DNA of 64,000 nucleotides from Callorhinchus milii (taxonomy: Eukaryota). The translations under genes were made by a program, and so were the position numbers. Where the stretch lies: contig NW_024704742.1 in the NCBI RefSeq assembly GCF_018977255.1, positions 125,180,001 through 125,244,000 on the forward strand, given 5' to 3'. The notes beneath the pieces are model-generated. The model was given only the letters and a program-made list of their open reading frames with translations, did no database searches and was not told where the DNA came from. Shown piece after piece: positions 26,363 to 37,568 of the stretch. Position 1 is the stretch's first letter; every line of letters starts with the position of its first letter.

Positions 26363-27294
26363 TTACTAAAATTCCAGACAAGGATTACTTCTTTAAGTTG
26401 AGAGTCTTTGAAAGTGCTTTTGTTTTTGAAAAAAATCAATCTCATGCTGCTTCTTGAAAATGAATGAAACATGGAAATGAAAGCATTCATTGCATTTGGG
26501 CTGAGTTTAGCCATTCACAGGAGAAAACTGACATCATTTATTTTGCTCTGCAGAAATGTTGACATCAAAAGTACAAGGGAGAATTTCAGCCGAATGAAAA
26601 GTCACAAAGCATCAACAGATGAATTAAAAATTGAATGCATTTTTCCTGCAGACTTTGAAATTACAAAAGAAGGAGTTCTTGCTTGAGGCTATCTGAAGTG
26701 TGATCCAATAGCATGGTCATCAATGGGCAATTCAAGAGATGCTCAATAATCCTTCATTACAGACAATTACTGTATCAAAGCCATATGCTGAGCTGACCAT
26801 ATGTTCTACAGGTACAAACATCTGGTGTGCGGACAAATAAATGATTGGCATGGTGGATTATACAGTATGTAAAGAGCTACAGATCTAGATCACCGTACGT
26901 AGATAAGATATGGGCTGTGTCTTTTTCATTGTTGTGGGATTTTAAATGTCTTAAAGGGATACTTTCTCTTGAAATTCTGTAAACATATGTTCATTCGTTT
27001 TCCCCACCCCTTCCCCACTACCACGCATCGACACCGCATAGTGTATAATATAATGGAGAACTTTGGACAATTCCATTGCACAATATATTTTTAGAAATCC
27101 TGCAACAGAGGAAATACACAATTTATGATGGAACAATATCCCTGAGTAGATACTTGCATTTGTATAATACTATGAATAGGATTAATCCAGACAGAAGTGA
27201 AATCACCAGCCTCATCACAACCTACACCACTGATATACAAAGCAACGTTGAAACTTCTATAACCTTTCACTTACATCTCATCTGGATTGGAATT

Positions 27295-28650
27295 TTTCAG
27301 TTCCATTTATATACTGCACTTCACATAGGACAATGTACCACAACACTTTACAATGGTGGTGGTGGGAGGGTGTCAAACGGCAGAGAAGAGAGAGAGTGAG
27401 AGGAGAAGGTGAAAGTGGCCTGAAGAGAGGTTTTAAGGTGGAACTGAAAGACAGAAAGGGTCCAAGACGGAGGGGTAGAGGGAAAGAGGGCGACTTTCAA
27501 CAACAACAAAGTACATTTGTATTTTATGTTGGGAGCACTCCTCACCGGTCTCCCAGGCTCCACCATTCAAAAGATCCAGCTCATTCAGAACTCTGCCGCA
27601 CGCATACTGACCAGGACCAAACTCTATACCCACAACTCACCAGTTCTGGCCAAGCCCCACTGACTCCCCATTACCGAACAGATCGACTTCAAGGTCTTCA
27701 TACTCGTGTTCAAATCCATTCACTCCCAAGCACCTCCCTACCTCTCTGACCTCCTCATTCCACAATCCACCACCTGGCACCTCCACTCGACTGGCACCGG
27801 CCTCCTGCTCATCCCTCGCACCCTTCACCCCACAATCGGTGGTTGCGCTTTCAGTCACTACACCCCAAAACTCTGGAATACTCTCCCTCAATCCCTCCAC
27901 CTTGCCCCCTCTCTCCCCTTTTTCAATTCCCGCCTGAAAACCTTCCTCTTCTACCATGTTTACGGCCACCTCATGCCCCACCACCCCACCCCTGGCTCAG
28001 AGTCAGGCTCCACCACTGTTAAGCGCTCTGAGACGCTACCCTGCATGGAAGACACTATAAAGTGCAAGTTGTTTGTTTGTTTGTTTGGGAGGATGTCCCA
28101 AGGTACTGCCAGTCAAGTATTTGCACCCAAGCTGGGGGTTAAAGTTAACCCTTTGGAAGTGTTGTTGGCATGTCAGCACCTTGGGATATCCTTATTGTCT
28201 TGGGACAACTTCTTGATGTGAAAGGAGCTATGTAAATGTAATTTTGCTGTTGTTGTTGTTGGAAGACAGGGAGACAATGGAGTCTGATGTGATGGGTTTG
28301 TGGAGTTTGGTGCTGGTGAGGATGTGGGCAATAGAGGTTTGGATTATCTGTGAAGTGTACACCACAAAAGTCTAGGCAGGAGGTAACAAGGGTGTCAATA
28401 AGGGTTTGGGTAGCACTTAGTAAGAGATAGGAGGTGTTGAAGAGGTCAGAGCTGGAAGTGAAGATGCGTTGGAGGAAACCAAGGAGGTTGGCTTCCATGT
28501 TCTACATTTTCAGTTGCAAGTAATTGTAACTCATCCAGGCCTTAATTTCTGGCAAACAAGTGGACAGAACGTTCTGTCAGTGGGCTCGCAATTAAGAGTA
28601 GAAGTGGAAAAGTAGATTCGGGTTTCCTCTGCATACATGTGGAAGCACAG
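27295..28650. mobile_element. L2 cluster: 27295-27535 (-) tails, 27535-28086 (+) ORF2 C-terminus and tail, ~28170-28260 (+) tail, 28262-28650 (-) old fragment
   Basis: ORF 27706-28221 (FKSIHSQAPPYLSDLL...PKLWNTLPQSL...LKTFLF); terminal stem-loops. Confidence 0.85.
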
Positions 28651-30024
28651 GACTCAAGGATTATAACTGGTGCCAGAAAATAAACCATACAAAAAGGAGA
28701 AAACATTTAATGGAGGGAATGACCTCAAGGACACATATCTGTTTTGTCCCATTTATGTTATTAATATAATTTAAATATTGATAAAATATCTAGTTGTGCA
28801 CGTTTAGGTCTCCCTAGCACTGTTAATCTAAGCTTTCAAATGGATCAGTTGGTAGATTTACTGCCCGATTTAGAACTGAACTACTTTGATTGGTAAGAGA
28901 GGTAATCTGCTTGTGTTGACACTCCACAACTCTAACTGATGGAATCAACATTTAGTGGGTAGAATGTGTGCAGGAGAATTGTCACATGGCTATTCTCTCA
29001 TGCATTTTATGCTGAGCTGTGCCACTCATGAAGCAGCTTGTGAAGAGTTCCTCATTCCTGCTACTAATGGGATTTCCCATTATAATCACGAATCACCAAA
29101 GGTTCTATCTTTAACATTCAACAGAAGTTTTACCCAGAAGTATCTCCACCTAACTATAATCTTTCATCCCCGGTATCATCTAAATGAATCTCCACCATAT
29201 CAATGGTAACTATGGCTGTGATGTCCTTTCCATCCAAAAGCTGGTTCTAATCATCCACTACATCCTAACCAATGGCTCTTCAAACATAATATTACTCGTT
29301 GCACTTCTATTCATTGATCCTATATATATATAACAAAAACAAGATTACATTTGTATAGTGCCTTTCATGTTGGGAGCACGTCCCAAGGCGCTGGACAGTG
29401 TACAGCATTTCGGCATATAAAACCTACAATTGCATTTACATCTGGATGAGCTGTTGAAATTTCACCGTCAAATGACCTGCAGTGAGTAGGTGTATAATAT
29501 TTGTATAAAGATGTGACTTTGTGGCTGTTTTGACACAATACCCTTTATTCTGTGACTGAAAAGGAGATGGAGTAGATTCTGAGTACAATGGGTAAATTCA
29601 GGACCATTTTCTCTTTTTGTTCAAGAGACTGTGTTCTTATGGTTTACGATGTCATCCAACTCCCTCGAGTACATTGCAGCCATCTGTTGTTCTCTGCAGT
29701 GAGATTTACTGTAAGAATCTGGTGTGTGGGTCACACTTGTGTATAAATCACTCCTCTATTTTACAGCTTGCATTTTAGTAAAATTCCCCAATCAGTAGCA
29801 GCCTGCTATAAGTCGTTTCCCTACACTTACACAGCAGACGCTTGAATTGAATGGTAACTTGTGGAAAATGTTTGGGGAATTTCACATCAGTGCTGCCCAG
29901 CATTGTATCATTGTCACCAGTCCTGCATGATGTGGCACAGCTGGTCAGGTCGTGCCATGCGAGTGGCTAGGTGTCAGGCAGCTCAACAAAGTTATAGCAC
30001 ATAACACCAATAGCAACAACATTG

Positions 30025-30866
30025 GAGTATCACGCGGGGAAGTGTGAAGTTATTCACCTAGGTAGGAACATAGGAATTAGGAGAAGGAGTAGGCCATTCA
30101 GATTATTTTCTAGCGGGGGAGAGACTAGTTAGTGTTAGTGTTCAGAGGGATTTGGGTGTCCTTGTACACCAGTCACAAAAAGTTGGTATGCAGGTACAGC
30201 AAGCAAATAGGAAGGCTAATGCCATGTTGGCGTTCATTGCAAAAAGGTTAGAGTACAAGAGTAGGGAAGTCTTGCTGCAGTTGTATAATGCCTTGGTGAG
30301 ACCGCACCTAGAATATTGTGTGCAGTTTTGGTCTCCTTATTTAAGAAAGGACATATGTGCCTTAGAGGGGGTGCAACGTAGATTCACTAGGTTGGTTCCT
30401 GGGATGAAGGTTGACCTATGAGGATAGGTTGAGTAAACTAGGCCTATATTCTCTAGAATATGGAAGAATTAGAGATGATTATATAGAAACCTATAAGATA
30501 AGGGTCTTAACAGGGTAGATTCTGTGAGACTGTTTCCCCTGTTTGGAGAATCTAAAGCTAAGGGGCATAGTCTCGAGATTAAGGGTCAGCCTTTTCGAAC
30601 TGAGTTGAGGAAACATTTCTTCACTCAGAGGGTAGTGAATTTGTGGAATTCTCTATCCCAGAAGGCTATGGATGCTCAGTATTTGAACATAGTCAAGACT
30701 GAGCTTGACAGATTTCTAAAGGATAGAGGGATTAAGGGATATGGGGATAGGGCGGGTAAATGGAATTAGGTTAGAAGATCAGCCACGATCTTCTTAAATA
30801 GCAGGGCAGGCTCGAGGGGCCGAATGGCCTACTCCTGATCCTATGTCTTATGGTCTTATAGTCTTA
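30025..30866 (+). mobile_element. 5'-truncated CR1 LINE
   Basis: ORFs 30152-30421 ([20 protein letters not shown]) and 30524-30769 (FFTQRVVNLWNSL); tail cctatgtcttatggtcttatag. Confidence 0.95.
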
Positions 30867-31459
30867 AAAATTTGCAGTTATATAGCACCCTCACACATGA
30901 TAGAGTCTCAGAGCACCTAAACCACCTAAAGGTAAGGTTATTTCCATATCTGGAGCACAGAGTGCTCAGGACACTCAGGACACAGCATTTTTGGGATATT
31001 CCCTAATAATCTTCATTAAAACATCTTTTATGGTGCTTCTTCTATTACCAAACCCAACTGGCCCTTTTAATCTTCTACAAGTTAGCTCTGAATAATAGCC
31101 AATATGTCCAAATAGAGTACACTCAGCTCTGGTGAGGGGGTGGGATGGTCAATAAACATCTATTAAATGTTGAGTAGGAGTGATAATGTATAATAATCCT
31201 TGCATTTCATATAGCACCTAACACATAATCAAGCCGGCTTCACAGGATATATTGTAAAGTGTAGTACCCATGTATATTTTGTGCACAAATGCAGCAGACA
31301 ATTTACAAAGATTTACAAAGAATGTACAGGAATAGGCAATGCTAGTGTGTGTACTCCACATGAGTCTTCACCCATTCCTTATTCCCTCTCATACCCTTCT
31401 GTTTCCCTTTCTTTCATGTGAAGGTCTAGCTTCCTCTTGAATGTTATCTGATTCAAATA

Positions 31460-31768
31460 TTTACAAATAGCATTGTCCCACAAATAGCCATGGAGTGAGT
31501 GACCAATTTTATTGGGGGATTGTTGGCAAGGACTCCGGGAGAAACTCCCTTTTCTTTTTGAATCATGCAATGGGAACAGGGAGACAGGGGCTTGGTTTAC
31601 TGTCTCATTTGAAGGACAGTACTCAGTACTCTGACACTGCAGCACACCCCCAGCTCTGCACTGGAGAATCAGCAAAGACTATATGAGTTCCAAGTCCCAA
31701 ATGCAGCTTCAACACTCAATTCAGAGAGTCAGAGGTGAGAGTGCTATCAACTGAGTTAGGTTAGCACA
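31460..31768 (-). mobile_element. Deu-domain SINE with internal deletion
   Basis: Matches 12400-12690. Confidence 0.75.
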
Positions 31769-31854
31769 CAAGAACCTCTTAAAGACAAAACCTTAAAACC
31801 ATTTCCATTGGTGAAAAAGACAGAATAAAAAATAGTGATGGATGTTCAGAACTT

Positions 31855-32820
31855 CACAAGCTCACAAGAGACATTTGGACGAAGACAGATTTTGGCCTAT
31901 TTGATCTCATCCTTCCAGAATAAAAATAATCCTTGTGTTTGATATAGCATCTTTTACAGTGGGAGGAGTGTTTCATAAGGCTTACTATAAATGCAATGAC
32001 TGCATATCTGTATGTGAACATGCCAGCCAAACATCTCAAACCTCTGGTTTAATATCTCACCCGAAATATGGCACCTTCTACAATGTAGCACTCCCTCATC
32101 ATTAGATTAAAGTGACAGCCTAGACAATGATCATACCCAGCCTGACATCCTTCCATCACAGCATCAAGCTTATTCTTAAAGAAACCAGCAGTGAATGCAG
32201 TGAATTGACTGTAGTAATAATAATAATCCTTGCATTTGATATAGCGTTTTATCACATCTTCGAGACGCTTCAAAGCGCTTCACAGAATATACTGTAAAGG
32301 GAATTGACTGTATATTTTGTGGGCAAAACGCGGCAGCCGATTGCGCACAGCAGTATCCCACAAACACTCGTGGATTGACGTGAATAACTCATTATTATTA
32401 TTTTTTAAAAGGAATTATTACCCCCAGAAAAGTGATCTGCCAATTGACTAACAATTGGGTTCCTAATTACTGCTAGGTAAACAGAGGTGTGTGAGGTAAG
32501 GAAACTTACCCAACCTTTCTTCCTGCCGGGAATCAAACTCAGGGCTCTTACTTGTCAGGTGAGTGCTCTAACCACTGAGAGTATATTCTGTGAAGTGCTT
32601 TGAGATGTCTCGAAGACATGAAAAGGCGCTATATCAAATGCAAGGATTATTATTATTATTATCTTGGCTTCAACCATCTTTCTTGGCGATATGTCACAGC
32701 TTCTAATCAGTCACCATCTGAATGAAGAAATATTTCCTGGTGTAGGTCCTGAAAATTGCCTTTTGCAACCTTTGCCCTCTTGTTCTGCTATATTGATGAT
32801 TCCAAAAGTAAAACTTCCAA
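31855..32820 (-). mobile_element. Old CR1 fragment carrying a nested Deu-SINE piece (31921-32135 -), a CORE-like SINE (32213-32579 -) and a SINE tail (32580-32661 +)
   Basis: CR1 segments colinear with 11448-11700 and 46655-46920; the SINE matches other long-form copies. Confidence 0.75.
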
Positions 32821-33448
32821 GCATAAGTATCATTTAATATTATTATTTAGCCATGAGCTAAGCAACTGAATAGTGACCATGTTGACCTTTTTTAAAAAGA
32901 TGGACCTTGGTGCTTATTTTCTTAGTACTGATTGATGCATGTGAAAAAAAATGCTTCAATCGTTATTACCGATGAGAAATAAACAGGAAATTCAATGTTT
33001 TGGTGTGACATGACCTCAGATTCATATATGCCCACTCTACCTCCTCCACAGAGTGTTCAATGTTAATCATTGGTCTTGCAGCTGTGGAAAGTGTGAGTGC
33101 TGCCTGTTGAGTAACCAAGGCTACAATTATGTTTGATTGTCTGACTTGACTGAAGAACTTTGAAGAGCTCTTTAAAGTTACATTTTTACAAGATAATCTC
33201 GCTTGGAAATGGAACACAGGTCAATGTCTTGCAGGTAACACTGAATCCCAAATTACAAAAAAGATATATTGAGAAGAGCGTACACTGGTGAGGGAATAGC
33301 TGAGCTACGATAACAACTTGCATTTATATAGCATCCTTCATGTAGGGTAACATCTCAGAACATTTTGCAAGGACAGGGTTGAATGATGATTCCAAAAGTA
33401 AAACTTCCAAGCATAAGTATCATTTAATATTATTATTTAGCCATGAGC
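32794..33448 (+). repeat. Exact 65-bp direct duplication (32794-32858 and 33384-33448)
   Basis: tgatgattccaaaagtaaaacttccaagcataagtatcatttaatattattatttagccatgagc occurs twice, 590 bp apart. Confidence 0.97.
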
Positions 33449-33694
33449 AAAGGAGAGGGCAGACGGGGAAGGAGGGAGACGTTGCATGTGCTGCATGCTT
33501 CGTACAAATTTTGCCCGAATTGTTAAACCAAACAGGATATTAAGCTCCATTGTGTTCTTATTGTTTTACAAGACTTTTGTATTTTGAACATTGTAAGACA
33601 TATGTAGAATATACTGAAAACATAATTTAACAAGGAACAGGGTCAGATACAAGGATTGTTAATTAGGACAGAGCCACTTACAGTTTCTGATACC

Positions 33695-34035
33695 TGTTTC
33701 AGTTTGACTCAGTTGGAAACAATCTCAGCTCTGGGTTAGAAAGTTGTGAATTCAGGCAAGACACCAGCAGCAGTTGTGCTCATAATCCAAGTACAAACTC
33801 CAGGGCTGTACAGATGTAGTGCTTCATTGTCAGAGGTGACATCCATCGGATGAGACATTAAACTAAGGTCCTGTCTGCCAGTTCAGGTGGACGCTAAAAA
33901 NCCTATGGGATTCTTCATGCACGGCATTGGAGCATCAGCCAACCTAGACAATTAGTTCAAAGTCCTGAATGTGGGCTTGAACCCACAACCTTCTGACTCG
34001 AGAGGCAAGAGTGTTACCAACTGAGCCAGGCTGGC
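33695..34035. mobile_element. Two 3'-truncated Deu-SINE 5' halves in inverted orientation (33695-33910 +; ~33920-34035 -)
   Basis: Head and Deu core on the plus strand, followed by the reverse head cttgaacccacaaccttctgactc...ccaactgagccaggctg. Confidence 0.7.
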
Positions 34036-35173
34036 TTTATTCAATCATCAGGGTATCATAGCTAAGGTTGATCCAGTCCTCAACCAAATCCACATCCAGT
34101 TTTGAGTAAGGGTCACTGGATAGCAATCAGAAACAGGAGCCCTGACTGTGCTTTTCTTCCTGGCCTGGAGGTACTGAGTTTAGCTGTAGTAACCTCGCTC
34201 AAGCTTTTCCCTCTCCCCTCAGCGGAGACCATTAAACTCACCAAGGGCACATGTCTGTTTTATTACAATCCTTCCTAGACAGAGTAATATATGCTCCTGC
34301 ATATCAAACATTTAATCAAATTAAGAAGATTAATTATACATGCATATTTATTTCCTTTCCTCTCACTTTTTACTTTTAAATTGATGCAGATCACAAAGTG
34401 GAATGGTAATGTTGCGGAATATATTTATTTTCCGCTTCTGACATTCCATATTAGCACCACTCATTCCAGGTGAAATATACCTGCGTCTTTCTACTCTCTA
34501 ATTTATGGGGAGAAATTTCTCCTGGGTCTAGATTTACTCTATTTTTGTAGCATTTCGGAGAGTGCAGAATTTGGCAAATTTTTAAAATGTGTTGATTTTG
34601 TAGCTAGCTTTTCTGTTTAGTCCTTTTAAGAGCTACAGAAAAACAACTGAAAAGTTAACACTGAATTTATCCCCCTCATACCTAATGAGTCATACTTCCC
34701 AATCTGCCTCTCCCCGTCGCTCTCTGCACTGCCTTGTGCCTCATGCAAACTCGTGAGACGCAGCACAGCGAGCGAAGGGAAGGTGGCACCGCTAATGGCC
34801 TCCCCCCTCTCCCAGTTGGATGCATGGTACAAAAGGTTCCCAAACATGATCCGTTTGAGGACCCCTATATCCTTTAATCCAGCCCTGTTCACATGTGGCA
34901 ATTTTTGGGTTATCGGGACACCAGGGATGTGGAATGTAGGAAGTCATGTTGATGGAAATTCAGTGAGCCAGACTTCGGCTGCTTTTTTGCGTGGAAAACA
35001 CCGGTCATGTGATCAGTTGTGTCACATTGTGGAAGCACTGCCTGGCCCACATTATAATAGGGCTCTACTCCATTATGGTGCATATTTTCTCATATACAGG
35101 TGCTAACGGTTGTGAAGAAATGCTGCTCTCCTGTGGACCACCTCTTTGGCAAAGTTGAGCTGGGTTTAGAAAT

Positions 35174-35263
35174 GATCTTGGCTTAGCCCAGTTAGCAGAG
35201 GCAGCTGCTGGTTTTGGACATGTATTCAGCAGCTGCTTCTGCTAACTGGGCTAAGCCAGGATC
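35174..35263. repeat. Inverted repeat with 37-bp arms and a 16-nt spacer
   Basis: gatcttggcttagcccagttagcagaggcagctgctg pairs with cagcagctgcttctgctaactgggctaagccaggatc (35/37 Watson-Crick, 2 G:T). Confidence 0.95.
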
Positions 35264-35519
35264 TGAACTTGGAGCATACAGGCAACAAACGAAGGGTTCT
35301 CTGGTGTCCAGGCTTTAAAATTCAGGATGTTACAAATTCCTGCAAAATATGTATTGTTTGCTCTGAGTAATAATCCATATGGCCATATGGCTGAGTCCTT
35401 GTTGATCTTGGACTTGTGAGTTTTTTTTCAGATGAGTGTCTGACACAAGTGGAAAGCCATGACTATGCTTAAGAGTATCCATAAACCATCAGAGAGTTCT
35501 ACATATGTGTGCGACCTAT

Positions 35520-36345
35520 ACAACAACAACAACAACAACAAGATTCCATTTATAAAGCGCCTTTCACGTCAGGAGGACGTCCCAAGGCGCTGCACAGTTG
35601 GGTCATGACCCGAGCAGGGGGGAAATGGTCAGGGTGAGGGAGGGAGGGAGCGAGGAGGGGGAAATGGTCAGGGTGAGGGGAGGGATGGGAGGGAGCGAGA
35701 AGGGGGAAGAGAGTCGAGAGGGGAGCTGAAGGCTCGGTCAAAGAGAAAGGTTTTGAGACCGGCCTTGAAGGAGGAGAGGGAGGAAGCAAGGCGAAGGCAC
35801 TGGGGGATAGAGTTCCAGAGCCTCGGGGCTGAGAGGCTGAAGGCCCGACCACCAACTGTAGGGCGATTGGGGTGGGGGACGTGGAGCAGACCGGAGCCGG
35901 AGGAACGGAGGGTACGGGCAGGTAGGTAGGGGGATAGCAGGTTGGAGAGGTAGGAGGGAGCAAGGCCGTGAATGGCCTTGTAGGTGAGGATGAGGATCTT
36001 GAAATCAATCCTCTGGGGGATGGGGAGCCAGTGGAGGTGAGCGAGGGTGGGAGTGATGTGGTCCCGAAGCCTGGTGCGGGACAGTACACGAGCTGCAGAG
36101 TTCTGAATGACCTGCAGCTTGTGGAGGGAGGTGGCGGGAAGGCCGGCGAGGAGAGAGTTCCCATAGTCCAGCCTTGAGGTGACAAAGGCGTGGACCAGGG
36201 TTTCAGCAGCGTGAGGGGTGAGGTAATGGCGTAGTCTGGCGATGTTCCGGAGGTGATGGAAGGCGGTGCCAGTTGTGGTGCGGATGTGAGGGAGAAAGGA
36301 CAGCTCAGGGTCAAACAAAACGCCGAGGTTCCTGACTGGCTTTGA
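35520..36345 (-). mobile_element. Young 5'-truncated L2 LINE with an uninterrupted ORF2 C-terminus
   Basis: About 225 open codons (KPVRNLGVLFD...LKTFLFDRAF), retained CpGs, pure (CAA)n tail. Confidence 0.96.
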
Positions 36346-37207
36346 TAGATACATAGAAGTTTCTCTGTCTAGAATGGAGTATGCACTGTCTACTTGGAAG
36401 GACGCACCCTGCTTATCTAATTCTGGATAATTAGGCACAAGTTGGTCAGAGCCAAAGCTTGGATATCCCAGAGTGCGCGTCGGGGTTCTTTAGGAGTTGA
36501 ACCAGCTAAACACGTATAGCTTTCCATTGAGAGTGCTGTCTGAGAAGCTTCTGGCAGCTTTTTCAGCTACCATGATAATAGCTTGTCCATGATGAGTCCT
36601 ATCCATTAGGGCCTTTGGCTTGCAGGGTTAACAGGAGCTGATTGGAAAGAATCACTGGTCTCAGTGACTAGCCTGACTCTAAAAGTCCTATGATAGTCAA
36701 GATTGCTGGTCCGCCATCAACAATGCCTTGGACTACTGTGGACCTGTCTGGCTCAGGAAAAAAATTACCGAGACTGCCACAGAAGATTGTGACCTTCCAT
36801 TGCCGAGCAGTCACCTTGGAGCCAGTTCAGCTCCAAAGAGACCCTGCTTACCTTCCCCCCCGAGGACAGACATAGTGACATCAAAGGTGTAATATTACAT
36901 ATGACATCACAGGAGAAAATTGCAGGAAAATCTGGATAGGCGGCTACATTCTTTATAAGCTACAACAAGATCAAGTGACTTGTTTACAAATATTACAGAA
37001 CTCAACGTTAAATCGGAAGCCCAGTCATGAGTCTCCATTAAAAAATGAAATTGAATTATGGTTGACAGGAATATTTTGTTTTGTGCATGGCTCTGCCTGT
37101 TTAGTTTTTTTGGGGGGTTGAGATGGTGTGGAGGAGTCACTGACTGTGTGAAGCAGAAGACTTTACATCAGCAATTATTAAATCGTATCTGGGTGTGAAA
37201 CAAGGTT

Positions 37208-37568
37208 GTCAGCCTGGCTTTGTTAGTAGCGCTCTTGCCTCTAAATAGGAAAATTGTACATTTACATGTATATTCCTTAATTGGAAAGTTGCATTGTAGT
37301 GCAAGTTGTTGTTATTTAACATTAGGACTTTGAATTCATGGTCTAGGCTGACACTCCAATGTAGAACTAGAGGTCTGCTGCATTGTCAGAGGTGCCAGCC
37401 TTTAGATGAGATGTTAACCAAGGTCCCGCCTGTCCATTCATTAGATGATAAAGATCCCATGGTACTATTTGAAAAGAAAAGAGTTTCCAATAAATCCTTT
37501 GAAGTACTTTGAGATGTCTTGATGCCATGATATGGCACCATATCAAATACAAGGATTATTATTATTAA
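37208..37568 (+). mobile_element. Deu-domain SINE with internal deletion
   Basis: ctgctgcattgtcagaggtgccagcctttagatgagatgttaacc...aaagatcccatggtactatttg plus tail. Confidence 0.8.

Noticed and set aside
29588..29700. Rab-GTPase-like string GKFRTIFSFCSRDCVLMVYDV
   Set aside because: No P-loop, DTAGQ or NKxD motifs nearby and an in-frame stop just upstream; probably chance
32787..32874. C/D-box snoRNA (TGATGA...CTGA with a 5-bp terminal stem)
   Set aside because: The C-box region aligns with decayed CR1 sequence (46878-46920), the base before UGAUGA is not a purine, and I see no C'/D' boxes or recognisable guide
33901..33901. Ambiguous base N (another at 44828)
   Set aside because: A sequencing or assembly uncertainty, not biology
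34790..34950. Chromodomain-like WIKGYRGPQTDHVWEP on the minus strand
   Set aside because: It lacks the upstream chromodomain strand residues and any adjacent integrase sequence
35668..36438. 256-aa ORF as a host gene
   Set aside because: It is the C-terminus of L2 ORF2 read in from flanking DNA at a non-ATG start; the RT core is absent
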